Origin: Octopus sinensis
Taxonomy: Eukaryota
Reading direction: 5' to 3'
Assembly (NCBI RefSeq): GCF_006345805.1
Contig: NC_043006.1
Coordinates: 98,084,001-98,148,000 of the forward strand
DNA: 64,000 nucleotides
Positions 15,077 to 27,610 of the stretch are shown piece after piece. The position numbers and the translations under genes are program-made. How positions within the stretch are numbered: position 1 is the stretch's first letter; the number at the start of each line of letters is the position of its first letter. The notes beneath the pieces were generated by a model that saw nothing but the letters and a program-made list of their open reading frames with translations, did not search any database and was not told where the DNA came from.

Positions 15077-15389
15077 TATTTGCGGCCAAAATGTTCAGAA
15101 CGGCATTGTTTTCGCCAGAAAAGTAGGTATAAGCTTTTAAATATACCGGTTAAATATACTAAAACATTGAGTAAAAGCAACCGTTCTGATCATTTTGGCC
15201 GCATGGGTTTTGCAGTAAATCACTAAATCATCCATAACTTTTGTATTATCCTCTCAAATCTCAGACAATAACAATTAATATTGTATTTATTGTCTGTGAA
15301 AATTATAGAACATAAAACAACTTTGATAAAAACTTATACCTACTTTGCTGGCGAAAACAATGCCGTTCTGAACATTTTGGCTGGAACTG
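15077..15389. mobile_element. Tc1/mariner-type MITE with ~60 bp TIRs
   Basis: GCCAAAATGTTCAGAACGGCATTGTTTTCGCCAG..AGTAGGTATAAG inverted at both ends; right end ACTG|TA; inner copy of the terminal motif at ~15179-15203. Confidence 0.85.
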
Positions 15390-15422
15390 TATGTATTTAT
15401 ATATGCATGTATGTAAGTGCGT

Positions 15423-15920
15423 ATACGAGGTGGTAGGAAAAATTTCGCGGACGTGTTCAATAGCACGCCAATAGATGGAAGCACACATCTACGTGCGCAG
15501 TCGGAGCTAGCAGCGACCTTCATGAAGCATTGTGCCGAGTGACGTCACTGAGGTTACTGCGCAAGTGATCACGTGTATGCTGTAGGCTGCAATTTTTCAT
15601 GGACAGGAACAAAGAACCAACGTCTTTGATAAGTCTGCTACAGAGACATTTAGCACGTTTCGGCGAGCTTAGACTGGAGGCAATGGATCTGGTTAGAGTT
15701 TATTTCGTGAGAAAAAAAAAAGCATGCCTTGTTTATGAGTGTTTTTCACTTTGTTAAGTAACCGTTTTGAACAGATGAGACGGTTTCCCTGTTTCTTTGC
15801 AGACACGAATTGGCCTTTCCTCATTACATAAAATTTGTATCGAATGTCACGATATACCACAGTTCTGATAATCCACTCTAACACCCGAAGTTCTTTAGCA
15901 ATGGACCTCTTTGATCTTTT
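15423..15920. mobile_element. Tc1/mariner relics (TIR-like TACGAGG start; minus-strand transposase fragment 15693-15900)
   Basis: IRTVVYRDIRYKFYVMRKGQF..NRLICSKRLLNK resembles the HTH-linker region of Tc1/mariner transposases. Confidence 0.55.
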
Positions 15921-16155
15921 TTTAGATTTAGATTATCACATATACAAGTTACGTATTGAAAAATTAAATTGATAATTGTGTTTTGTTTCCAAGCATACAG
16001 TTTAAATCATCTTTTAAGCTTTTCTACTGTCTATTATTAAACGAGTTATAATGAAACATGAATAATCTAATTTTACAATTGCATGTACTGAGCCAAATGC
16101 CGCATGCTGTTTGGGCATTGAAATTCGACAGAATATGCCTCTGTTACATTCCAGA

Positions 16156-16228
<73 letters not shown>

Positions 16229-18068
16229 CATCGAGAGCCTTTCACGTGAATAATAAATTACCAATTTTTTAACCGGTATTACGAATGATATCGCCTTTCC
16301 AGGCCACATAGTGATTTTTCGTTTATTCAGTATAGAAATGATAAATAAATAAACATTGTTCATGCACAAGCGGTTTTCATTCAATTTAAACTAACAGAAT
16401 CTTGATTAGAATCACATTCGCTATTAAATCTAATTATTCAGTTTATTGATTCCACTCACTGATGGTATTAGTTTCGGAGAGATGTTGAAAATATGTTGAT
16501 ATCACAATATGTTAATCTCCACGATATTCATTCTCTATAACACACAGTTAAATGTTTGAATAATAACCGAATAAAAATATTTATAGGAAAAATCAATTCT
16601 TATTTTCGTCCTTAGAATTTAACAGACCCCTTTGATTTCATTCAATGAAATATTAATTAACTAAAACTGTAACTAGGCAATTTTGAGGCTTCTTGCTAAC
16701 GTGTTTGTTGATTTACAACAACAACAACAACAAAAACAACAACAGAAGCGGTAGCAGCAGCAAAGTTAATGACAAATTAATTAATATAACAAAAATCAGA
16801 AATGAAAATATCAGCGAGGAAGGAATATGAGGAGAAACCATAATTTTACCAAGAGTTTAGTTGTGTTGAATCTCAAACACTTGCATTCTTCCCGAGAGAC
16901 CAATTAACGAATTCGTTTTCTCATAATTAAAGAAATATGTAAATATATAAAAGTAAAAATAATGCTCATAATTATGAAATAGAAAAATATAGAAGACAAT
17001 GAAGGAAACAAAAAATTAGTGAATATATATCAATAAAACTGAGTATGAAACGGAGAGAAATGCTGAGACGCTTTCGAAAATGTATTTCTCAACAATGATA
17101 AATTCAAGTGTATTTTATTGTAATATATTAAAAATTTAATAAAACGTTTAGTTGAACACAAATGGTTACTATGTTCAGTAGTTTGCGAATGGAGGGAATA
17201 TAGCAGGGTACTTCATAATTTGCTGCTATAAACTCAATAAACAATTCTTTAAATTCGATAATTTAAAAATAGCATAAACATTTTCTAATAAATCATAGAG
17301 ACAAATAAAATCCTTGAGATAAGAACGAGTGAAGTATTTTTTTTTCATATATATAGAAATGATATTTGAAAACGGAGAGAAATTTCCCGAACTAATAAAT
17401 AAACAAGATTGACTAGTTTCGAATACTTTATCGAACAATACGTTATTAGATAAAAAAAAATTTCATTCAAGGGGGGATGAGTAGAAACAAAATTTTGAAG
17501 AGATTATTAGAATATTCTCCTTGCCCATAATTTCGTTATCTCTTTCAAAATAAAGAAATCTCATTGAGAAAACCCCGCACCCTACACATATAAAGATATA
17601 AATGAAAATGCTTATTGAACTGGGTTGCTTTCCCCAATAATATGCCCAGACGATTTCAATACTTTGTTATCTAGAATTATTCGGTCTCAGTGATGTAAGA
17701 AGATATTTGTTCGAAATTATTAAACTTTCGCATTGAGTTTTCTTGCATAAATATAGACACTCCCACAAACAACACACACATAAATTTCTCTCTCTCTCTC
17801 TCTCTCTCTCTCTATACATACATACATATATATATATATATTAGGGAGATGTACTTGCATAGCGAGTGACTGGATCTGAGATCGTGTGCTAGAACGAAAA
17901 CAATTGCAGCGTGCTGCGCATCTGTCAGATGCAGCACGAAGTTTTGTCAGTGAACAGGTCGCGGTCTCAAAGCGACGAAAATGTTTTGACAAATTAAATT
18001 TGAATGTTGAAGTGAATCTAACGGTCTTGTGTGTTTCTTAATTGGCTTATAAACACCTGCCACGCTGC

Positions 18069-18138
<70 letters not shown>

Positions 18139-18275
18139 AAAGCAATTAAGATTCAAGTGAGTTCCAATGAATTCACATGAATGCGCTACTTAACTTAGAT
18201 GCACAGAAATAAATTTATATGGTATTAACCATAAAATAAGTTGGGGTGATTATAAACAAGAAAAACACAACAAAA

Positions 18276-18399
18276 ATGGATTAGTATTTCAGTACAATTG
18301 ATTCATACGAAGAACAGGTTTATTAAAAGCTGCAAATATTTGCAGCTTTTAATAAAGCTGTTCTTCGTATGAAACAATTGTACTGAAAAACTAATCCAT
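18276..18399. repeat. Loopless near-perfect palindrome, ~62 bp arms
   Basis: ATGGATTAG...AAAAGCTGCAAAT|ATTTGCAGCTTTT...CTAATCCAT with about three mismatches. Confidence 0.95.
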
Positions 18400-18424
18400 C
18401 TTGTTGCTTTTTTCTTCTATATAT

Positions 18425-18487
<63 letters not shown>

Positions 18488-18664
18488 CGTTTAAATATTT
18501 GTTGTGCAAGATTTTTTTATGTGAAGTCGTGTGTTGAAACAGATATTGTTATATTTCGGAATGGTCATATTGCCAGTTTAGCCAATAAAAACACACGCAC
18601 TATATATTTGGTCTTATTTTACTTCAGTGTTATTTATTTTTTACATTAATCTTAATCTTATTTC

Positions 18665-18709
18665 GGCCAGAGTTCTTTCGTCACACTCCTGTGACCGCAT
18701 CAGTGGTCC
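18665..18709 (-). ncRNA. Degenerate type I minimal hammerhead ribozyme motif
   Basis: Minus strand GACCA-CUGAUGC-G-GUCAC(aggagu)GUGAC-GAAA-GAAC-UC-UGGCC; stem II perfect, A9 substituted. Confidence 0.55.
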
Positions 18710-19100
18710 TTTGTTTTCTTCTTTCATATTTGTGTCTCTCCTTACTAACCGTCAGCCATTTTGTATTTCTATTGTATGCCTTCATTTGCGCATGCTTATA
18801 TCTCTATGTGCGTTATATTTATTTAGTGTGTGTATGTGGAGGGGTGCCTGTAATATTTGTATTTTCTGCTTATATATGTTCATGTAATTTGTATTTTGTT
18901 TTTTGTTTTTGTTGTTTTTGTTTATTCATTTATTCTTATGTTGTTCATGTGTTTACATCCACTTATTATTATCATTACATATGCTTATATGTATAACAAC
19001 AATACTAGTAATAACAATAATAAATCGAATCGAAAAAAAAAAATAAAAAAATAAAAAATAAAAAAAAATTATAAATAAAAAAATAAAATATATATATATA

Positions 19101-19642
19101 TATATATTTATATATGAGGATAATATCGATATTTAAGTATCCATATTATCTAGTGGCCAGCATGGGAAAAATACCGTACAAAGGTAATAATTTTTAACAA
19201 TTAAAAATGAGGGTGTCTAAGAGACACCAACATGCCGAAATAGCAGTCGAAACTCTGACTATAAAAACCACGTTAAGGGTTCGTGTCGCACCATGAGATA
19301 AGACAGATAGACAAAATATACAAGCAAAAATTATTGAATAATTCAAGATCCAGGATTTCTGATTTTGCTTTAAATAAGCTTTACCGTCATCGGTTGAATA
19401 TATCAAGAGTACATAAATACAGATATATACATGCAGAACAAACGGTATACTTACATATACGAACGTCCATACATAAATACATATGCACGTATGCACGCGG
19501 CCAGTTAAATTACCCGCCGAATCATCCCAAAGTACGACACGGTTAAAATAAACACCGCAGTGAAAATAATAACGAATTATATATATTTATATATGAGGAT
19601 AATATCGATATTTAAGTATCCATATTATCTAGTGGCCAGCAT
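19101..19642 (-). mobile_element. Penelope-type terminal repeat (pLTR) with ~62 bp terminal direct repeat
   Basis: Identical TATATGAGGATAATATCGAT...GGCCAGCAT at ~19101-19163 and ~19580-19642; contains hammerhead motif; downstream of GIY-YIG fragment on minus strand. Confidence 0.7.
19341..19399 (-). ncRNA. Type I hammerhead ribozyme motif (U4C variant)
   Basis: AUUCAA-CCGAUGA-cggu...auca-GAAA-UCCUGGA-UC-UUGAAU; 6 bp stem I, quasi-palindromic stem III, imperfect stem II. Confidence 0.65.
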
Positions 19643-19654
19643 ATATATATATAC

Positions 19655-19685
<31 letters not shown>

Positions 19686-19769
19686 CATATATATATACAT
19701 ATAAATAGTTATTTATTTCTATTAGTTTATTTATCTGTGTATTTATTATGTTTTCAGGATCCTCTATCG

Positions 19770-20142
19770 TCATATGTTGTGGTGTGTGTTAGTGCTCCAT
19801 TCTGGTTTTCTATTCAGGCTAGGTTTATTTTCTATTATGTGTGTAGCTCCTGTAATTTGTCTAATTGTTGCATCTGATCTATGTGTGGATAATATTTTAA
19901 TTTCTATGTTATTGATTGACACCCCGTGTTCCTGTTCGGCGTGTTGGTACAGAATCAATGAGATTTTACCTTCCTTGAGTTGTCTCCAATGCTCATTTAC
20001 CCGCTCTCCTATGCTTCTTGCCGTTTCCCCTACGTATGTCGTTGTCTTGTTACTGCATCGTCCCTCTATACATCTTATACTATAGACTACATTTTTGGCT
20101 TTACAGTTTGTTTGTGGGCTAAATCTACATAGAGTACAGTAC
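19770..20142 (-). pseudogene. Penelope-like GIY-YIG endonuclease C-terminal fragment, copy 1
   Basis: CTLC..NCKAKNVVYSIRC..TYVGETARSIGERVNEH..LYQHAEQEH..KPSLN. Confidence 0.85.
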
Positions 20143-20224
20143 TTATCCGTACAGGGGGTTGTACTAAAAGGATAGGTTCTACCCCAGTGTCAATTTGATG
20201 GCATGCACTGTTCTCTCACGCAAC

Positions 20225-20258
<34 letters not shown>

Positions 20259-20557
20259 ATAATAATAATATGAAACCCTGCAGAATTTCAACTCAGAACG
20301 TAACGACGGACCGAATGCTGTTAAGCAGTCTGTCTGCCGTGCTAACAATTCTGCAAGGTTGACGCCTTAATAGTAATAGCAATAATAATGAAAAGCAGAA
20401 GCATGGTTTCAAATTTAGGAACATGGCCAGCAATTTTTGGAGGGAGGGGATTTTTAATAATTTTTGCGGTATTTAGTTTCATTTCCTTTACAACAGGCCG
20501 ACCCTTTTTCTTTCACTTCGTAAGAATATGGATGCACTAGATGCCAGTTAATGTAAT

Positions 20558-20710
20558 AGGCGTAGGAGTGGCTGAGTGGTAAGTAGCCACATATGATTCT
20601 GTGTTCACTCCTACTGCGTGGCACCTTGGGCGAGTGTCTTCTACTATAGCCTCGGGCCGACCAAATCCTTGTGAGTGGATTTGGTAGACGGAAACTGAAA
20701 GAAGCCCGTC
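20558..20710 (+). mobile_element. SINE family A 5' half (duplicated at 21640-21792)
   Basis: Matches first ~160 bp of full copies; ends at internal (AT)n. Confidence 0.85.
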
Positions 20711-20727
20711 ATAATATATATATATAT

Positions 20728-20767
<40 letters not shown>

Positions 20768-20851
20768 TATATATATATACATATAAATAGTTATTTATTT
20801 CTATTAGTTTATTTATCTGTGTATTTATTATGTTTTCAGGATCCTCTATCG

Positions 20852-21224
20852 TCATATGTTGTGGTGTGTGTTAGTGCTCCATTCTGGTTTTCTATTCAGG
20901 CTAGGTTTATTTTCTATTATGTGTGTAGCTCCTGTAATTTGTCTAATTGTTGCATCTGATCTATGTGTGGATAATATTTTAATTTCTATGTTATTGATTG
21001 ACACCCCGTGTTCCTGTTCGGCGTGTTGGTACAGAATCAATGAGATTTTACCTTCCTTGAGTTGTCTCCAATGCTCATTTACCCGCTCTCCTATGCTTCT
21101 TGCCGTTTCCCCTACGTATGTCGTTGTCTTGTTACTGCATCGTCCCTCTATACATCTTATACTATAGACTACATTTTTGGCTTTACAGTTTGTTTGTGGG
21201 CTAAATCTACATAGAGTACAGTAC
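20852..21224 (-). pseudogene. Penelope-like GIY-YIG fragment, copy 2
   Basis: Identical translation to copy 1. Confidence 0.85.
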
Positions 21225-21306
21225 CCTCCCGTACAGGGGGTTGTACTAAAAGGATAGGTTCTACCCCAGTGTCAATTTGATGGCATGCACTGTTCTCTCA
21301 CGCAAC

Positions 21307-21340
<34 letters not shown>

Positions 21341-21820
21341 ATAATAATAATATGAAACCCTGCAGAATTTCAACTCAGAACATAACGACGGACCGAATGC
21401 TGTTAAGCAGTCTGTCTGCCGTGCTAACAATTCTGCAAGGTTGACGCCTTAATAGTAATAGCAATAATAATGAAAAGCAGAAGCATGGTTTCAAATTTAG
21501 GAACATGGCCAGCAATTTTTGGAGGGAGGGGATTTTTAATAATTTTTGCGGTATTTAGTTTCATTTCCTTTACAACAGGCCGACCCTTTTTCTTTCACTT
21601 CGTAAGAATATGGATGCACTAGATGCCAGTTAATGTAATAGGCGTAGGAGTGGCTGAGTGGTAAGTAGCCACATATGATTCTGGGTTCACTCCTACTGCG
21701 TGGCACCTTGGGCGAGTGTCTTCTACTATAGCCTCGGGCCGACCAAATCCTTGTGAGTGGATTTGGTAGACGGAAACTGAAAGAAGCCCGTCATAATTAT
21801 ATATATATCTTTATATATAT

Positions 21821-21862
<42 letters not shown>

Positions 21863-21865
<3 letters not shown>

Positions 21866-23610
21866 AAATAAGCAACAAGAATAACTCCGGTAATTTGGTA
21901 CGATCGTTTCGCACTACATCATTTTATTAAATGTTGTAAATATTACAACAGTTTTAAAACGCTGAGCACTCATCAGCCATTGATAGAGGTTTTCCATTAA
22001 TACATAGTTTTCATATCAAGTGGTAACATTATAGAGAAGGTAAATATGTAGACAAAGATGTGGATTTAAATTTTAAGAATATTTGAGGTAGTGGAGCCCA
22101 TCAAGTGACTGACTAAAATCCAGTTGCTAGGAACTACTGCAAGGTTCTGAGAAGAAAGAACAAATGAAAGGAGAACAAAGATTTTCTATTTATAGAATTG
22201 GGGTGAAAGAGATGTCAGAGTTCCATATAAAGAAATTTATGTAGAGAACATGATTGTCACACTACAATACCAATTACTACTATTTGGTAAACAGATTTGG
22301 TATTAGGAGAACTAGGTCAATGTCAAGTGGTCACAATAACATTCATAGAGAATGCAGAGACCTTACAAACCCTATGCACATCAACACAAACATCAGCTTA
22401 TAGGTTCCCAGTACTATGACACGTTGGATTAAAGGAAAAAATATAGATATAAAATTTATTCAAGTTAGAGAAAAGACTATCACTTATTATGAGTAGGCAT
22501 AATACTTATTAATGGGGAAAAAGTCTTATTAATGAAGTGAATATATTAGGGGTCAAAATATACTAGGAAAAATGGAAGAGGAGAAATCAAAGAGGAAAGG
22601 TAATCGTAGGTTTAGTAGAATGTGATTTAATAATATGAGGAGAGGTAATTTAGAAGAGTAAATTATTCAGATTTCATAGATAGTGAGTTGTTATTAATGA
22701 ATTAAAGTATAGGATCTGTTGGAAATAATATTTACTACCCGCGGATAAAGGTTAATTAGTTAGATAAAAATACCTTAAGTTAATTATATATTAAGAAATG
22801 GAAGTGAGATAATCAAGGTGAACCGAATAGTTTCCTTAGGGACATAGGATTTATAATATTTAGTATTGGAGAATATTAGAAGAAAGAAGAATTTAATTCT
22901 AAGTTTGCAATGAAGTTTTTTAGTAATCTATGAATGTTAAATTAAAAACCAGTATGGTATATTCATTCTTATTTGGTTATAAAGAATTGAAATTTAGGAA
23001 TATTCATAATATTATTATTTAAAATATTTAAACGTACGGTTATTTAACAGATTTGTATTACTCCAATGTTTTAAAATTTCATGTTTCCATAGAACAAAGT
23101 TGACAACCATCCCTACTATTTTTATAAGGCCGTGCTTTTCTTACTATATCCCATTTCAGGTTGAATTCTATATTATTTGTTTTTAGTTCCCAAATTTTAC
23201 TAGACAGTGTTGTGCAACCTGCTTTGTGTTTGAGCCTAAAGGAGGAAAAATGATTGTTTAAACGTTTTTTTAAATCTACCGAAGACCCGAAATAAAGTAA
23301 GTTATTGTTTGAAGTTATTATCGTACATTTATAAATCACGTTTTGGACCGGACAACGGCCAGATACCGGACATTTCGATCTAATCCTACAAATACAGCTG
23401 GGGGGAAAAAATTTCAGTACTAGTATTATTTAAGGACAGTTCACTTTCATTACTGTTATTTGAGTTATTATTAGTATTAATACTATTTTCACTAATAGTA
23501 ATAACATTGTTATGCAAACTGGGGTTACTAATTATTAATCCATCCTCACTATCATCACCTACTACACTTTTATCTAAACTACCTACTTTTTATCTATTTT
23601 ATCTATACTA
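21863..23610 (-). mobile_element. 5'-truncated Penelope-like element (GIY-YIG at ~23040-23400, long 3' region, terminal hammerhead)
   Basis: SCICRIRSKCPVSGRCPVQNVIYKC..LYFGSS.DLKKRLNNHFSSF..TTLSSKIWELK..CQLCSME; bounded by (AT)n on both sides. Confidence 0.85.
21896..21979 (-). ncRNA. Type I hammerhead ribozyme motif with intact core
   Basis: UGG-CUGAUGA-GUGCU...AGUGC-GAAA-CGAUCG-UA-CCA; palindromic stem III ACGAUCGU, GUA site, loop II contains an 8 bp hairpin UGUUGUAA/UUACAACA. Confidence 0.8.
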
Positions 23611-23644
23611 CCTATATATATATTTATTTATTTATATATATATA

Positions 23645-23882
23645 TATGTGTGTGTGTGTATGTATGCATGTGTGCGTATGTGTTTGTGTATCTGTGTTTG
23701 TCCCCCCAACATCGCTTGACAATCGATACTGGTATGTAACTTAGCGAATCGGTAAAAGAGACCGATAGAGTTAGTACTATGCGTACAAAGAGTAAGTCCT
23801 GGGGGTCGATTTGCTCGACTAAAGTCGGTGCTCCAGCATGGTCACAGTCAAATGACTGAAGCAAGTAAGAGCGTAAAGAAAG
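23645..23882 (+). mobile_element. SINE family A 3' half
   Basis: TGTGTTTGTCCCCC...GGTGCTCCAGCATGG...AAATGACTGAA and tail. Confidence 0.85.
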
Positions 23883-24206
23883 AAAACGAGAGTACAAGAG
23901 TCGATATAATAGACTGCACACTCTAGGCTGGTTGCATAACTTTGTCCAGTAATATGCAAATATTATAATACATTCTTGAGTTCCTGATATTATAGAAATA
24001 CTGTTGAAGGTGTTCTCTTCTTTTGTAATATGGCTGTGTCTTGTCTCCATTAATCAAGTCTTCATTATTTAATTATGTTGAATACTTTCTGCTGTAATTT
24101 TGCTCTTTATATAACTGCAGGTGTTGTCTAATTTTTCAAAGAGAACATGCAATTTAGATACCTGAATTTTAAAATGTTTGAAACAAATTAAATAACATTT
24201 TATTTC

Positions 24207-24249
<43 letters not shown>

Positions 24250-24638
24250 ATATATATGCATGCGAGTGTGTGCGTGCGCATTAGTTTGTTCGAGAGAGTG
24301 TACAAATGCACACGTACACATACACACACACATGTACGTATGTATGTATATATGAATGTATGTAGTACGTATGTATGTAAGTGTGTATGTGTGTCTGTGT
24401 TGATATTAGAATGTATTTTCATTTATCATTATATGTACAGATGTTCAGAGAATTCTATAATTTTAACACACATTTATGAAGAAGAAGAGAATTTCATAGT
24501 TTGTGAGGCTCCATTCGTGTTGTAGAGAAAGTTTCTATGAACGAAATTTGAAATCCAGATCAAATCGAATTTCAGAATACACACACTCACTCACTCACTC
24601 ACTCACTCACACACACACACACACCACACACACACACA

Positions 24639-24676
<38 letters not shown>

Positions 24677-24694
24677 ACACATGGGTATATATAG

Positions 24695-27610
24695 TAATTT
24701 TGAACTCCAACTTAACGTGGAGGTTGTGTTTTAACAAAGAATGTTGCGTTATTTAACTTGAGAGAATCTCTCATATTGTTTTATCATGCATAAAACCACT
24801 CGAAATTATATCGTTCAGAGTCTAGGGTTGTCTGCTATGGCCTCCAAAACTACCAGATCACGTGGTTTCATCCTGCTATATATTCCTGCGTTTATGCACC
24901 ACAAGTTCTTACTAGAGATACTCTCAGGGTAAATAACGCAGAATAATGTGTTCCAACTCAACCACCATATTGCGATGCATCTCAAGATTGCATTTTGGCA
25001 TTAATGCATCTTGTATCGCTACCAATTATTTTTAATATACCCGCTGGCTACTCGCGATATCAATGCCTGAATGGACAGTGAGATTCTACATATGGTTGGC
25101 CGTTATCGTCCTGCTGGAGATCTGTCAGTGGGGAATCCTTAAGAGAGTGTGATCACAGGATCTGGCAGTTCCGGTGGCCGAGGCGGACAACACTCCTGTA
25201 TCAACGATAAAATTTCCAGTGCTTTATGCACTCCAAGATTATCTTTTGGTATTAACAAAATTTCAGTCCCTATTGAATCTCTCTCTCTCCCTAAATCCCT
25301 CCCTCCTTCTCTATATATATTTCTATATTTGTTTGTAGTTATTAGCAAAAGAAGCAGTATAGGAACTGAACAGCAAATTATATACCCAACTTAACGTGTA
25401 TGTACTTTGTGAACACCATGAGACTGTATTAGTCGTTATTAGAAAGCGTCTTATATTGACGTAAAAACCAAATCAACATACTCCCCAAAGGGCTCAAGTT
25501 TACACCCACCACCTAACGCTCCAACTACAACGAAATGAAAGAAAACGTAGAATGCTGTAGTAAATTACGGCTCATCGAGGAACTCTACTACAAATACAGC
25601 GAAGACGAAGAGTTAGTCCGAAATAGAAGTAACTACACCCCTTCAAAAGGTAAGAACATTTCTGTGAATACATTACGAATTACCCATATCAACATATACA
25701 CAAACAAAAACACGAGCCAAACTTCAGCAAAAGCAAATGAGTGAGCTGAACAGATTAAAGGTCGATAAAACAATAACAATCGAAAAAGTTGATAAAGGGA
25801 GTTGAGTTGTCTTATTGGACACGGTATACTATATAACTCTAGTACATTCCATATTAGAAGACAACATATTTTGAAAAGGTCCAACACTACAGTCAGCAGA
25901 AAATAGTGTAAACCTAAAAACTATGTTAAACCTATACATAGAAGGGCTCACTGACAAGGAATACGATTATATGACTAAATTCAAAAGTAAATCCAGTCAA
26001 TTCTATGGTATTCCTAAGATACACAAAAGTGAGAAAATAAGTAACGCATTCAGGATAGCCACAGACATAATAATCAAGGTACCTACTCCTAATGACCTCA
26101 AATTAAGACTTATAATAGCAGGTCCTGCAAGGGAAAACCCACCGCCTCAATATCTTTTTAGATACCCTCTTAAAACCATTCCTCAGCCACATCAAAAGCT
26201 GACGACATAGATATGCTCAGTCACCCCACTGAAACAATAAATAAAAGCACCCTAGAAGTATCCTTCGACGTAGTCAACCTCTATTTTAATCTCCCCCATA
26301 GCCTAGGAATGGAGGCAATCCAACTCTGGCTAGAGAATTACATCAATGAATTCCCGCACCGCATCAAGAAAGAATTCGTAATAGGAGGACTAAAATTCAT
26401 CTTGGAAAATAACTTCTTCGTCTTCAAAGACTACTTCTTTCGACAAAAATCGGGGACTACGATGGATACGAGAATGGCTCCCTTCTTTGCTAACTTAGTC
26501 ATGGAATATCTAGAAATCAGTCTTTATCGTACAGTACTAGAAAAATATAACAAACCCATCCTTCCTCTACATAGAAAATAAGTGGAAGAGGTATCTAGAT
26601 GACTGCTTCATTCTTTGAAAAGAACGTATAGAGAGACAAAGAATTTCAAGCACTTATAAATGGATTTGACATAAATATTTAATTTACGCTGGAATATAGC
26701 CATCAACAAATTCCATTCCTCGGTGTCCTCATTGAGAAAATAGAAACAGACATATACTATAAGCCTACGGAATCCAAGCAATATGTACCGTTCAACTCAT
26801 GCCACCCCAGACACACTAGAATGAATATCCCCTTCAACCTAGCAAAACGGATTTTTACTATAGTTTTTAATACAATCACCAGGGACACACGACTGCATGA
26901 AATGAAGGATACACTAATCAGCAGGAACTACTCACCATCACCTATTGATATAGACTTTCAATATGCCAGACAACTCAACACCCTCGAACTCAGACATCCC
27001 AAACTAGAGAACGAATTACAACCAAAATCTCTACCATTCATCTGCATACAGAACCCCCTTAACAATGAAGCCTTCGACACCATTCTCCATAATATTCCTC
27101 TACTAAAAAGGGACCACGGACGAATCTAATCCTCCAAATGCACACCATCATAAAGAGTAAAAGACAATCCAACTCAATGAAAATTCTCCTAACACAAGCC
27201 CAAGTACACTCAGCAACACGTTGAAACCGTCAGTAAAAAAATGCCGAAGACCTAACTGTGGTTTACCCGTTTAACCTAATTGAAGGAAAGTTCTCCTTCA
27301 AACAAGGTCAACGTTTTACAGTGAAAAACAACTTCACATGTGCTTTGGAAAACCAAATATGTGTATTAACATGCTCAAGGTGTCCATAGCAATACGTAGG
27401 CTAACCACAAAACGGTCTACGTAGATCCCAGATTAAAATTTGGGAATACAGAAAAATAGCAGCGTATACATCGACATTTGCATCACTAACGAACAACGCA
27501 ACTTCAGAATTTTCTCCTCTATAAATTAAAGGACGATGCAACCTATAATCAGCGCAATAGCAAAGAGTCATATTTCATCGCAACTAATTTTTCCACAATT
27601 TAACTCTTTT
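24695..27610 (+). mobile_element. Near full-length degenerate Penelope-like element (RT + GIY-YIG)
   Basis: KGLKFTPT, FYGIPKIHK, SFDVVNLY, KSGTTMDTRMAPFFANL, KRYLDDC, DIYYKPT..SCHP, C-terminal CRRPNC..VLTCSRC..YVG; many frameshifts and stops. Confidence 0.9.

Larger units (their letters stand above)
19698..21862. repeat. Near-identical tandem duplication, 1082 bp period
   Basis: ORFs 19770/20852 and 19774/20856 translate identically; few differences (acttatccg vs accctcccg, aacgtaac vs aacataac, ctgtgttc vs ctgggttc); junctions in (AT)n. Confidence 0.95.

Noticed and set aside
24753-24817. Possible type I hammerhead at the Penelope 5' end
   Set aside because: Core lacks a nucleotide (UUGA-GA) and the homolog at ~36835-36895 has no GAAA.
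19770-27610. Selenocysteine (in-frame TGA at Cys positions) in PLE endonucleases
   Set aside because: Cys motifs inspected use TGT/TGC; the stops look like random decay.
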